A DNA stretch of 64,000 nt from contig OX597828.1 of assembly GCA_951406725.2 (NCBI GenBank), positions 40,982,001-41,046,000 of the forward strand. The letters run 5' to 3'. Shown one piece after another: positions 41,035 through 54,483 of this stretch. The position numbers and the translations under genes are program-made. Source of the stretch: Octopus vulgaris. Its lineage: Eukaryota. Numbering within the stretch: position 1 is the stretch's first letter; each line of letters begins with the position of its first letter. The notes beneath the pieces are model-generated. The model saw nothing but the letters and a program-made list of their open reading frames with translations, did not search any database and was not told the DNA's origin.

Positions 41035-41816
41035 ATATATATATTGTTGCCGCTGCTCTCTGCACCGGTCCTTCAAGGAAGGGGGAAAAACTATAAGACA
41101 GCTTGTATTCAGTGAGACAAATAAGAATGTGTTGCTTCCTTTCATTTTTCCCCCTATCTTCAGCTGTTATTATCTCTTCCCTTCCTTGCCCTCGATAGTC
41201 TCTCTGACTCTCACCCTTTCTCTCTCTCTGTGAATATACCCTCAATTACAACAGCTAACCCAATTCTTCTAGAACTGATTATTTTTGTGTTTGTGTGAAT
41301 GACTTTAGCAAGTGTTACTTAGACTTAACAAACGCATGGACTAGTTTCTTGTAAAAGTTCTAGTGTGTGAATACGTATTCTATATATTTTGTGTCTGTCT
41401 GTGTGTATGTTTGTATAATGAAGTGGATGTAGTTATCCTTGATAAAATAGAGCTCAAATGATACAGAGTACGGCTACTTGATGTTAAGTGTCTTACACGG
41501 ACAAATTAAGACTTCTCCTCAGGGACAAGTGTCTTAACATCTGATCATGTTGTTAAAGGACAAGTTCTAAGTTTATATCACCACCGTCGTCGTCGTTTTA
41601 ACGTGTACTTTTTCTAACTTTGCATAGGTTAGGAGGGATTCTGTGAGGCAGATTTTCTACGGCCGGATGCTCTCTGTCGTCAAACTCCACTTGTTTTCAA
41701 GCAATATAATATTTTCCCCCGCGACCTGATATGTTTTCACAGAAGATTGGAAGGAACTTATCACGCGATGTCAAGATAAGGAAACACACGTACATATATA
41801 TATACACTGCCATGTG

Positions 41817-41852
<36 letters not shown>

Positions 41853-42299
41853 TGTCTCCACATGACTTTATAATGATATCGTTTCATGCTGTGGTAACGT
41901 TTTTTCCTGCAGCTCAGCAGATGGAATAAAGTATATTGCGTCAAAGAAAGCAAATAAGGTTTGATGTCAGGAAGGGCATTCAGCTGTGGAATGCTGACTG
42001 CTTAGTTATCTCATGCTAATAGGGGGCGGGTTGAAACGTCGGTCAGTCGAGCATTGCCCGAGGGGCCTGGCAAACAGTTATGTCCGAGGGCTCTTAATAC
42101 TCTCTTTTAATAATGTGGTATTGCTTGTGCGCGCGCGTTTAAGCGCAACTGCAAACAAGAGAGTCTCATTAACACCTAGGATAAAAGATAAGTACTGGGG
42201 TCGATTCATTCGACTAAAAATTCAAGGCGGTGCCCCAGCATGGCCGTAGTCTCAAGACTGAAACAAGTGACAGATTATATATATATATATTGTAAATTC

Positions 42300-42546
42300 A
42301 CAGAAAGGTAGGAGAGTCCAGTTTGCTGGACATTGTTGTAGAGCTGAAAAAGAGGTAATTTCTACTCTTCTCCTCTGGAAGCCATCTACTCGCAATACCA
42401 GAGGGCGCACACTCTCCTACCCTGATGTAATCTCCAGGGATACAGGCATCCAGCAACAGGACTTCCGTAATGCTATGATGGACCGTGGAGTCTGGCGTAG
42501 CATGGTAAATTCCATTGTCTCGACCACGGTCGAACAATGATGATGA
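42300..42546 (+). mobile_element. 3' end of a second RTE family with (TGA)n tail
   Basis: VQFAGHCCRAEKEVISTLLLWKP..RGRTLSYPDVI..DRGVWR. Confidence 0.8.
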
Positions 42547-43046
42547 AACTGTCTGATGAACGGACGAGAAACTCATATAACAGATTTTGTTGAATGCTGC
42601 TTAAAATAAAGTATATATATATATAAAAAAGCACTTTGGATCAAATGGTAGCGCACCATTTCAGCACACCTGATCACCCTGTTAACACCTCAATGCCCCC
42701 TATTTTTATAAATCACATGACATCACACTCTAGGAGACAATATGAGCATTATTCCTCTTTAATACACTCTTCTCTCAACTGTATTTACATGTTATTCATG
42801 CACATGTGTGTATGTATTTCTACATGTGGCTCTATACACACACGCACATGTAGTGTTCTGTGATGGTTAGATAAAAAAAAGCACTCCATCTTGTAAGAGA
42901 TAAATATTATCTAATAGACACAATACATGTGTTTAGGTGATACTAAGTTTCATTTGTTGAGAAATACCTCAAACATAATCATCAGGTACAAACCGCATAC
43001 CATAACAAACTAAAACTTTAGCACATAAAAACATAGTCTATTAAAT

Positions 43047-43096
<50 letters not shown>

Positions 43097-43377
43097 TATA
43101 TACTCAACATATATGTTGAGACCGCCTTCGGTCATGACTGACCATGGGATTGCACCTAGAAAGTTACCCTCCCAGGCAGAAGTCTGGGCAAGGTTGTTTA
43201 TAGAAGACCAGCAGTCGCCCATGCATTACCGGCCTCCCCTCTCCACGTCACCAGTGTTATCCAAGGGAAAGGCAAAGGCCGATAATAGCTTGGCACATGT
43301 GACGTCACAACTCATTCTACAGCTGAGTGAACTGGGGCAACATGAAATAAAGTGTCTTGTTCAAGAACACAACACGC

Positions 43378-43506
43378 AGTTTGATTCAAATTCGTTGATA
43401 CTCTTAGTTTCAAGCGTGATGCTAGTCGTCTGCCATTTTGAATTCAAAATGGCTGACGACTAGCATCACGCTTGAAACTCGAGTACCAACAAATTTGAAT
43501 CAAACT
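43378..43506. repeat. 129-bp palindrome centred on GAATTC
   Basis: Arms are near-perfect reverse complements with no spacer. Confidence 0.9.
43450..43488 (+). ncRNA. Intact-core minimal hammerhead ribozyme (PLE-type)
   Basis: TGG-CTGACGA-CTAGCATCACGCTT-GAAAC-TCGA-GTA-CCA. Confidence 0.72.
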
Positions 43507-44691
43507 ATTTTGATCCGTACATATAACCCCCCCCCCCTCTAATAAATTTGTTGGGTGCCCTTCTTTCGTTTGTACACTCACTCGTGCAAAAGTGTCATAA
43601 GTCCAAAACGTTGCTTTTTCAGAAAACGAAAAAAATAGTTTCACCCATCCATAGCAGCTGGAGATACGATAGTTTGACCTAAGAACTGGCTATTGCAAGC
43701 AAAAATGAATATTGGAAAGAAAAAAAACGCATTTGGCCAAATTTGGACATACGGCAGTTGAACATAAGAAGCAATGAGATATATAGGTGTGTTTACGTCC
43801 CCGTAACTTAGCGGTTCGGCAAAGGAAGTACCAGGCTTTTAAAACAAGACCTGTGGTCGATTTGTTCGACTAAAACCCTTCAAGGTTCGACTAAAACCCT
43901 TCAAGTGACCGAAACAAGTAAAAGATTATATTCATATATATATATATATATGTGTAATATACACAGCAGGTGCTGTTTATAACCATGGATAATATTATCA
44001 AATCCTTATTGTTATCGATAAGACTTAGTCACTGAGTGTTCATATTTAAGTGGATTCAACAGTGTATGTGTATTTTACTGATATGTGACAATGTAGGAAC
44101 TTTTTTTTTTCTATCCAGCAGTCAGATTTCGTCTTTGTATGTGCAGACGTATGTGTAGATAATACTGCTAAGAAACTGTAAACCACTGTTATTTCGTCCG
44201 CACACCCACCTCCTTCGTTGCATTCTAGTAATTATTCCTTTCTATCATTCTTATCTTCCCATTCATTCTCTTTCTTATTCCACTTTCTACCTTTCTACAT
44301 CTTTCGCTCCCAGATTCCCTATATTTCTCTGTTTTTTCTTTTCTTCGCGATAGCTTTCAATCCAACGCATGCGCAACAAGTAATTTTGCGATTTCCTCTC
44401 ATTTTTCACCCATTCTACGCTCTCTTGAGCTTCAGGCTAGGTGTAGGACAACTTTCTACGAGAAACGAACCGCTTGAAACAGAACTCATCAGGCGGACCG
44501 TATCCCCCCCCCCAAAAAAAAAAGAAAACAAGAGAAAAGAAATTAAATGTAAGTTTTCGTCGGTGCGCAGGCCGCAGTTTGCTCAGAACCGAGCTGGTGA
44601 TAATTAGATTTTTTTTTTTTTCGTTCAGTGTCGAAGGAAGGACTCTGTCCGATCCGTCACAAACTTTTCTATCTACGGTATACATCTAAAC

Positions 44692-44835
44692 CCCAAGGTC
44701 GACTTTGCCTTTCATCCTTTCGGGGTCGATAAATTAAGTACCAGTTACGCACTGGGGTCGATGTAATCGACTTAATACCTATGTCCGTCCTTGTTTGTCC
44801 CCTCTGTTTAGCCCCTTGTGGGTAGTAAAGAAACA
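44692..44835 (+). mobile_element. Young 5'-truncated SINE with 15-bp TSD
   Basis: TSD GGTATACATCTAAAC at 44677-44691 and 44836-44850; same family as 58152-58374. Confidence 0.88.
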
Positions 44836-45588
44836 GGTATACATCTAAACTTAAGAAGCTTGAACACTTTCTCAATAAAATAAGCTTTTTTTTACATCTA
44901 CTTTTTAACCCCGTCTTTCACGCGCGCGCACGAGCGTGTGAAGGTACCATCTTTCGCAATTTGCACATTTAAGATGGTGGATAAAGTGGAGCAATCCACT
45001 GTAGTAAAGTGAAAGTAAACAAATGATTGTTAATCGATATTGTATAGCTGCGTCTGGTTTATTATTGTTGTTATTATTATTACAGTTATTAAACTAAAAT
45101 ATAATAATTACGCAAAATTGTAAAGTTGTGTTTTTTTACACAATGTCGATTGTTGACGATCATTTGTTTAACCTTTTGCTTGAATCTTTGATGTACCTTG
45201 TTTTACTTTTGTCCCCCATCTTGTACACACAAGTTCGAAAGATCGCCATTTAATAATGTGTATGTGTGTGCGTTTAAGCGCAGCTGCAAACAAGACAAGT
45301 CTCTTTAACACCTAAGATAAAAAAATTATAGTGGCTTCTTGTTACACAGGTTTTAATTCTTAGTAAACAATATGCAAGGTGTGAAATTTTCTTATTTATA
45401 TAATGCATTATTTGCCACGTCCAGTTGGCTGGTTATTCTGAATTCATTTACAACGGTCACAAAGATCTATTGAAAAAGAAACACAAAAAACGTTTGTATC
45501 AACCCGACAAGGGAATCTCTAGTTGCTCTACGTGTTAGGAACAATAGCCAAATCCCCCTCAAATCGCACTATATCCGATCTAGATAGA

Positions 45589-45838
45589 TAGATACACTTT
45601 CTGGACGAAAAGGACGATTGTAACAGCTGAGATTTCATTTAAAGTCTGGATCGGGGCTAACCTGGACCTAGAAACAACTATATTTGTGATACATATTAGT
45701 CTTAGACATATTAGTCTAGGTAGATACACTTTCTGAACGAAAAGGACGATTGTAACAGCTGAGATTTCATTTAAGTCTGGATCGGGGCTAACCTGGACCT
45801 AGAAACAACTATAGTTGTGATACATATTAGTCTTAGAC
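45589..45838. repeat. ~118-bp tandem duplication
   Basis: 45589-45707 and 45721-45838 are nearly identical. Confidence 0.9.
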
Positions 45839-46761
45839 TATCTACTAGGGTTTCAATTCACGCCCTGTCTGTCCCGTTGTTGTTCTATCTCCTAGTTAAA
45901 GTTAGCTGTAGTGGTAGGAGCCCTTCAACCATTTTATCACGTTTTACCAGTTTTTTTTTTGTTCTCCATATCCGTCCCTCCGTCCCTCTCCCTCACTGTC
46001 TCTCCCCATCTCTCTCTCCCCATCTCTCTCTCTCACTCTCTCTCCCCATCTCTCTCTCTCTCTCTCACTCACTCTGTCTCTCCCCATCTCTCTCTCTCAC
46101 TCACTCTGTATCTCCCCATCTCTCTCTCCCCATCTCTCTCTTTCTCACGTATTATTTACGTTCTTTATATTATTATTTGAAATGTACTTTATTTAATGTC
46201 ACTTGTCTCTCCTCCCTTTCTCTCGTGCCTGCTGCGTAATGCTGCTCTTTGTCTCTTCCCCTCTGTGTGTGTGTGTGTGTTTGCGCGGGCGCTTGTCTGT
46301 GTGTGTGTAACTTCCATTATATAACACGTCTTTCTCTCAACTTTTTCCTCTACTTCCTCCCCCTCTGGGGTAAATTTAATTACGACGATGTGGACAGAGG
46401 ACAACACAGTCATAAAGCCGCTTTGACCCACTCTCCCGATTGTCGCTTTTCGTCCACAGTTTCACTTCCTCTTTTCCACCATCTCACTGTTTCTTAACTT
46501 GTACACATATCATTCATACATTTTTATTGGTGCTGTGTGTATGTGTGTGTGTGTGTTGTGGAGTCGGTAGACGTTTTGTATTTACAAACATGTGGTGGTG
46601 GTGGTGGTGGGGGGGTTGAGTGGAAGGATTTTTTTTTTAAACTCTTATTAAATGAATACGAGAAAAAATAAATTTTCAGGTGGAAATTTCTTGGGTCTTT
46701 CTGATTATTCAAACTATTTTTCAAAAATCGGGAATGTGAAACTTAGGAGCTTCTTGTTTCG

Positions 46762-46799
<38 letters not shown>

Positions 46800-48079
46800 C
46801 ACACTTGCGCACGCGCGCCGTAGACTTATTCCATCACCCGATTTGATATTGCTATCTGGCACTTTGGGTGTCTTTAGAAGAGGTCTTCACTTTGTTGCAG
46901 GCAGCATTCTGGTTAGGTTTCCGGTTTGAGGATATTTTCCTCTCCCCTCCTCCTTCCAACTAGTCTCAGAAGCTCTGTCTGTATAGATGTTTATTTGTGT
47001 GCATTTAAATATGCATATTCGTGTGTGTGTGTGTATGTTTACACGTTTGTTTATGTCTATATTTCGGCACAGTGAACCCTCGATTCAGCGGACTAAGAAA
47101 GAAAGGTGTGTCCGTTAAATCGGAGGTGACAATAGCAGCCAGCCACCCCTCTCTCTCTCCCGCTCTCTCTCTCCCGCTCTCTCTTTCGCATTCTCGCGCG
47201 ATTTACTGCCTTCACCATAGGGTTTTTCTCATTAGAGTTATTACTTTTTCTTCGTTCTATTTCGTACCTTTTTTTTCTTCACCCTCATATTCTGTTCTAC
47301 CCATCGAAGAGTTCATTCTAATCGCCTTCTTTCCTTTTGTTTTTTGAAATCGGTCCATTGAGTTAGCGAACTGGCAGACTGGTTATCACGCTGAACAAAA
47401 TGCTTAACGTCCGGCCGAGGTCGACTTTGCCTTTCATCCATTGGGATCGATGAAATAAGTACCGATTGAGCTCGAGGAGGTGGGGGAGGGGGATCGATGT
47501 ATTCGACTTGTTCCCTCCTCCCCAAATTTCAAGTCTTTGTAACGCAAAATAGAAAAGTTTATTCAGTACAATGAACCGGGCATTTATTGTGTATATATTT
47601 ATACGTGGAAGAGTTTACAAATCTATTTAATTTGTCTTTTTTAGATAATTTATAAGTTGCGAGATAATTTCCGATGATTTCAAATATGAAAGAAACATCA
47701 AATACTCGACTTATACAGTTTTAGTTTATGGTCGCCTTTGTTATTACGAATAAGCAGCCCCTGATGATTATTTCTCACACACGTATGCATGCACATAGGT
47801 AAAAGAAAAATAAATAGAAAAATGCTCTGTTTGACTCTCTTTACTTTGTTTGGATACATGGTTCTGTGTGACAAAATTACCACAGCTTCTAAACAAATGA
47901 TTTTTCAATAGACGATGAATAAAGCTTGTCATTGGCTACTTCAGATTGTTTTGAATTGATAGCTGTCAACTGCTACTGTGTGTGATTATTGCTGAATGTT
48001 ACTAGTAGAAAGCCAGAATCCTTCCTGTTGGCAGTTGATTTGATTGCTCATGCTGAAAGTAGGATCTTTAGGTGAAAGA

Positions 48080-49260
48080 TATGTAGGTATATCTGTTAAG
48101 ACATGTCATTTTGGAAGTGATATTGTCTAGGCAAAAGTAATTCACCATAACATTATGTACATTAAAAAAAAATTATGCTGAGCTTTGGAAGTGTTACCTA
48201 ATTAAAGACAAGTTCTTTGCCATGTTCATGGAGACATCTAGTTTGAATAATAAAATGAACCAGGTTATTTTCCTCTTCTTTACACTTTTTCCAGGGATGG
48301 AGTAGGGGGGCTCCTTGATATACAACTAACCTCTTGTTAAAGTCCCTTTTCATTAAAACCTTATGGGGTGCAGCTTTGTCTGAGAACTACTCAGACTGGC
48401 TTCTAAGTTCTTAATTATAGTGAAAGGGTGGTTAGATTTGTTATGAATGTATATAGCCTCCACTTAAGGCTTTCTCTAGAGCTAGTATTGAGGTCTGGTG
48501 TAATGCCTAATAGGTTAACTGTGGTTGGATGGGGGTGGTGGTTGTTATATTTAAACTATACACTTTGAAAGTTTCTATTACAATATTCCTAAGTCTATCA
48601 ATAGTGTGGCTGTTCATGATAAATGAAATTGCCAAGTTTTGTTTTTGTGCAAGCCCTAGCAGTAAATCCCCCAAGCAAAGAGATTTACAATTCTCTAGGG
48701 TATCCAGGTTTAAAAATCTGAGATCTGCAATGTCCACATAACTTCCCACAGAAGTGTTAAATAATGAGATCATCTTCCTTTTCAACCTATCTTGGCATAA
48801 TAGTGATTTCCTAGCATTTAGGACTTAATTAATATCAATATTGTTAATCCTATTGGCTAATTTTTAAAACCATTAGTTACTAATACTAATCCACAAGTAA
48901 TACCCCCACCTATAACAACAGCCCATCGTTTTCTTTATATAGAAACTGAATCGCCTTCTTATTACTATCGGAAAGAAATAGCCATTCAAAATTCTTGACA
49001 GACTATGTAGAGGGATATGAGTTGTCCACTCTTGACTGTCTTGGCTGTTAATTTTTAAAATGTTGAAAAAAAAATGTACAAATATTAAAAATTGAAGACC
49101 CATCAATGAGGAGATTGAACAAACATAATGATAGTGGGGGGTGGGAAGGAGAAGGTAGTTGCTTATATTTAAACTATACACTTTGAAAGTTTCTACTATT
49201 TCTAGCATGTCAAACAACCAATTAGATGCTCCCTCATTGGCTCATTGGTCAAATTAAATG
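48080..49260 (-). mobile_element. Old decayed Naiad-type PLE
   Basis: Fragments LNARKSLL, SVGSYVDIADL, IETFKVYSLNIT, YIHNKSNHPFTIIKNL and KRKITWF are collinear with the ORF at 28801-30858. Confidence 0.7.
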
Positions 49261-50659
49261 GCATCTTTACCAAAGGCATGACATGGGAATATGGTTCCAC
49301 TATTTCAGAGCTGAAATCTGGTCAGAATTGTTTGTTCTGGTCACTTTGCTTTCTCTTCCACTTTCTGATTACCAGTATTTCTACTTTGATATATTTTGCA
49401 ATTAAATAACGATATCACCACCACCAGCGCTGCCGCTGTAATAAAACCAAGCTGAACACCCTTGTACCAAAACCGTCTAATTTTTCTCCTAATTACTTCA
49501 GGAGACCTTCAGGTGATTAACGCTCAGCTGTTTTCAACTTTTCCTGCCTCCCTCTCTACTTACTAGTATTTGGGTATTCGCTAACAGAATTGATAGGATA
49601 ATTATTTAGTTTCATCTCTTCACAATCTGAGTTCGAATCCTGTCATAATCAATAGACTTCTTATAGGGGGCTAGGTTTCACAAAAAGAAATAAAATAATA
49701 TGCTGGTACTCGGTTTAATTGAATTCATCCCCACCCCACCTCAAAATATCAGGCCTTATGCTTTTATATTACTTGAAGAATTTTAGTTGAATGAATTAAC
49801 TCCTGCTTTTTTTAAAGCCTGGTACTTACTCAGTCCCTTTTGCCAAGCTGCTTAGTTATGAGGACATAAACACACCAACATCAGTTGTCATATTGTGTTG
49901 GGGAATGTACACACACACACACACACACACACACGAACAGGTTTCTTTCAGTTTCCATCTCCCAGATCCACAAGGCTTTGGTTGGCCTGAGTCTTATAGT
50001 AGAAGACCTGCCACGGTTCCATGTACTGAGACCGAGCTCAGAACCATGTGAGTGAGAAGCAGACTTCACAGACATGCCTGCACATATTTACGTGCATTGT
50101 GAGATCAAATCCTGATGTGGTCAACTTTGCTTTTTTTCTTTTCATCCTTTGGTTATGTTTCGTTGGTTTTTGTTATTTTCTCTTTAACATGTCTTATGTA
50201 AACTTCTCACAATATTTTATCCTATCCTTTGTATTGTCCCTCTTCATTTTTGAGCTCTTGAGGTTAATAAAAAATTATTATTATTTTAAGGCAGCAAGCT
50301 GGCAAAATTGTTAGCACACCAGGCAAAATACTTAGCGGCATTTCATCCATCTTTATGTCCTGGGTTCAAATTCTACCAACATCAACTTTGCTTTTCATCC
50401 TTTCCAGGTCGTTGAACTAAGTACCAGCTGAGCACTGGGGTTGATGTAATCAACTTAACCCCTCCCCCGAAGTTGCTGGCCTTGTGCCTATAGTAGAAAG
50501 GGTTATTATTATTATTATTGAGTGAGAGCAGTGCATGCCATCAAAGTGATACTGGGGTACATACAAATATACAAAACCCAATATATCCATCATGATTACC
50601 CATCTGATAAGGCTACACCAGGTACATGCCACACAACCATATGTGCACAATTATTATTA

Positions 50660-51023
50660 ATATTACCTCTGCCTTAGCGAAGGCGGAGGTATTGTTTTCA
50701 AAGGTGTTTGTTTGTTTGTCCATGGACAAGATATCTCAAGAACCGCTGGATGGATTTGGATGAAACTTTCAGAGATGTTTGGCCTCACGACTGGCACAAA
50801 CTGATTAGATTTTGGGATTGGTCTGGTAGCAGACAAGGATTCTAGATTACTTTTCTAGGTTTTTACTTAATTTTTGAGAGTGGTCAGGTTCATATTTAGT
50901 ATTCTCATTTGTGAGAGCAGTCGAGTTTATTTCAGATATTTTCATTTTAAAAATCTTCTCTGGTTAATCGTTGAGAGGATGTTGGTGTTGCTTTGGCGGA
51001 GGTTTGCACTCTCTGAGTGCTTT
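50660..51023 (+). mobile_element. Helentron-associated non-autonomous element (HINE/DINE-like)
   Basis: Subterminal IR TACCTCTGCC...GGCGGAGGT, (GTTT)n, 3' GGCGGAGGT plus hairpin GCACTC-TCT-GAGTGC, TT ends. Confidence 0.7.
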
Positions 51024-51519
51024 TGTTTTCATTTGGATTAGCAGAATTGTTTGATCTTTGGCTAAAATGTTTTGTGATGTTTGTTCTGGCTCTTTCCAAA
51101 TCTGCAGATTTAGAATTGACCTGTGGTTAAACAAAAGCATCTCAAGTCTCTTATTAACATTTAAAAAAAAAGCACTTTTTTCTTCGCTCTCAGACAATGA
51201 AGTCATTGCAAATAAGAGGTATCAATTGTCTCAATTGATTAGTTGAAATAACTAAGGAGTTTGATCCTAGGAAGGAACTTTTATACCAATCATGGGCAAA
51301 ACTGTAGGCCATGGACTTTCTAAATGGCACACCTAACAAAAAAATTACCTACAATTTTTTTAGTAGTGTAGTCCACCTGATGATGTAACATATCTCATGC
51401 ATCTTGCTTCTTGCAAAACATTACCCATGGTCACTTGATCTAGAACTAACAACCAAATATTTCTTAAATTACACCCTACCATCTTAGCAAAAGGTACCAT
51501 TGATGCCATTAGCATTGTC

Positions 51520-52150
51520 ATTTCCATTTTGGCATGGTTAGATAGGTCTTCTCCAGTATATGGTATTGCTACCTGTTTATACCATGGCTTTCATCTTTGT
51601 GAAGTTCAGCATCCTGAAATCAGCTTTCACTACAATTCCTATGCTACCCTGGTTTTCCTCTTCTGTTGGTTCCCTCCACTTGGATTGCTTGACACTTCTT
51701 TAGTCTTCAACTGTCTGTCATCTTCCATGAGTATCATGTGTCCGCACAAGCTGGTTCCTTTGTTGTTCATTTTAGATTTTTTTTCTTTCAGCTCATCTGT
51801 ATTCCTTCATTAATGTACATTGCTATTACACATCTAGCAAAGCATACTTCATTTCTTTCTAATCTTTGCACATTCTCTATGTTCGCTTCCCATGTCACAA
51901 TATCACACTTTGTACGCTAGTAATCATACAATCTGTCCTTCATTTTGACAAAAAAAATCCTTTGTTGCCAACAGGGTAGTTACCTAAACTTTTCTCACTC
52001 TGTCTCCGGTGGCTGATTAGGTCACCAAGGAAAAAGAAACTATCGACTATTTCAAGTGAAACTTATGTGCAGTTGAAAGAATTCGTATAAGTGTGCTTAC
52101 CGAAAAACTACTCTTGTGATTTGCTCTACGTGTAGTCTTCCTCTGTCAGC
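51520..52150 (-). mobile_element. Decayed RTE fragment
   Basis: Reverse complement resembles 20610-21150 (GATAGTTTC..GGTGACC.., RLYD..V). Confidence 0.55.
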
Positions 52151-52654
52151 CTGTTTGTAATCCTAATCCTTTGTACATCCATATTGTAGAATATTTATTC
52201 TTTTCCATCCTCCCAAGTTAATAAAATACATATCTGCTATTATTGGAGTGAAGCAATCAAGTGTAACATCGTGTCAGTACAGTATCCTCTATTGAACAAA
52301 GTGTCTTGCGATACTTAGTTATGTTCTGGGTTCAAATCCTGATGAGGCCAACTTTACCTTTTATCCTTCTGGCAGTTGATGAAGCAAATACCAGTTAAGT
52401 TTCCTCCTCACCATTTCTGGTTTTGTTGCAATGTTGAAATCATTGGTGGTGGATTGCCAGAATCATTAGAATTCAGAAGATATGCTTTGCAGCATTTGTT
52501 GTGGCTCTTTACATCCCACCAAGGTCAACTTAACCATTTATCTTTGTGCAGGGAGAAGGCGTCAATAAAATAATTGACATAATTGCAGTCAATTACTGGT
52601 GTTTTAATGATAATTATTGTTTTTTATGTATTTTTAAAAAATAAGGAATGCCAG

Positions 52655-52880
52655 ATTAAAAAGATAGACGAATGTTGAGGTGGTTTGGCCACATGGGGAG
52701 GATGAATGAAGAGTGGATGGTAAGGAGGGTGATGAAGGCAGAAGCAGAGGTAGACCTCGGTTTGTGTGGATGGATGGTGTGAGGAAAACTTTGGTGGTTA
52801 GAGGTGTTGGAGTGAGAGAGACAAGAGAGTTTATAAATGAGAGGAGAGCTTAGAGAGTGTTTGTAGACGGATGAGTGAAT
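52655..52880 (+). mobile_element. RTE (BovB-like) C-terminal fragment
   Basis: RMLRWFGHMGRMNEEWMVRRV...GRPRFVWMDGVRK. Confidence 0.7.
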
Positions 52881-54150
52881 TTGATGTTGCTCAAAGGGGT
52901 AGAGAACCAGTATGATGTGGCAGGGGTAAACCAGTATATGCTGTCGAGCGCTGCTGCTGATATTGGGGGTTGCATTCTATGCCTTGACCCGAACATAGAA
53001 CAGGGCTCGCCTCTCTGAACTGGGAAATGAATGAAATGCTTGGTGTGTTCCTTGTTACAGCTACCCCCTCCACAAAAAAATGGGGAATAGGCCTGGGTAT
53101 ATGCATTTATGTATTGTTCTTTATAGGGAATGCCAGCTAAAAAGCTTTGCAGTATTTATATAAGTAGCAGTAGTATTTTGAGGTTATGTCAACTATATTT
53201 CCTTTGCTTCAAAACAAGAAGAAAAAAAATTGAAGAAATGCTTTCTTCATCATTATGAAAGGTTTAGGGTTTCTGAAAAAAGCACAAGGCCATGCTTTGT
53301 GAATTCTGCTTCACAAAGGGAACAGCTGACATTGAAGGATCAGAAAGTGACATCACTGCAAATACATGACCACCGCAAGCCACTTATCCAAAAAGTTAGC
53401 CGACACCCATAAGTGCATGCATAGCTGTTCAAACTGTTGGGTCCTGTTTTTATGGGTCTCTATTCGTGCTGGGACACAGTTGGTTATTGGATGTAAGGCC
53501 TCAGCTGTTGTGAAACTTCTGCTTAGAAACTAAAGAGGCATAACAGATATCATGAAGTTATCCTCACAGATGCTCTACTGATTCTGCTTGTTCAACCACT
53601 GTTGAGTGATCTAAATATAAAAGTATGTTGCAATCTTGCCCCAGGTCATCCCTAATGGTCAGACCTATGATAAATAAAAAAAACTTCAATAGTGACCATC
53701 CTCCTTTCTCTTTGGATATCTGGGAACAACATTGTCCAACATCTCCTTCCTCTTTTTAGGAAGTAGGGTGTGGGTTGAAAGAATTTGGCTGCTATTACTA
53801 GCTGGTTAAGCAACCATATAGAGGCTCCTTTGTTGGCTGGAGTTGTAGAAGCATATGGGAAGAGGGATAAGTACTTCCTTTGTAGAGATGTTGGAGACAG
53901 CTCTGTCATATTCTGTTGTTGGAAATGTCTCTAATAACAATCACAACTGCTACTTGACTTTTGTCTTTTGTTTTCCATTGATTTTGAATGATTCTGTTTA
54001 ATGTATATTGATGGAAATTTTACCTCGTTTTCACTGAATTTTGTTCAGCTAATTAGTGAGTGACTGTGTGTATCACTTGTATGTACATACATATATGTGT
54101 GTGTTCATTAGCTGTGTGTGTGTGTGGGTGTGACTATCAATTGTATCTGT

Positions 54151-54483
54151 GAAGGCGCGTGGCTTAGTGGTTAGGGCATTCGGCTTGCGATTGTAAGGTC
54201 GTGAGTTCAATTCCAAGCGACGCGTTGTGTCCTTGAGCAAGACACTTTATTTCATGTTGCTCCAGTCCACTCAGCTGGCAAAAATGAGTTGTACCTATAT
54301 TTCAAAGGGCCGGCTTTGTCACACTTTGTGTCACGCTGAATCTCTCTGAGAACTACGTTAAGGGTACACGTGTCTGTGGAGTGCTCAGCCACTTGCACGT
54401 TAATTTCACGAGCAGGCTGTTCTGTTGATCGTATCAGCTGGGACCCTCATCGTCGCAACCGACGGAGTGCTCCTTTAAGCCTT
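54151..54483 (+). mobile_element. Full-length tRNA-derived CORE-like SINE with 16-bp TSD
   Basis: TSD TATCAATTGTATCTGT at 54135-54150 and 54484-54499; A box TGGCTTAGTGG, B box GAGTTCAATTCC. Confidence 0.9.

Noticed and set aside
51375-51425. CTGATGA...AAAAC hammerhead candidate
   Set aside because: GAAA missing and stem I does not close.
54151-54225. tRNA gene
   Set aside because: Head of a TSD-flanked SINE; no complete cloverleaf or terminator. The same applies to 3055-3126.
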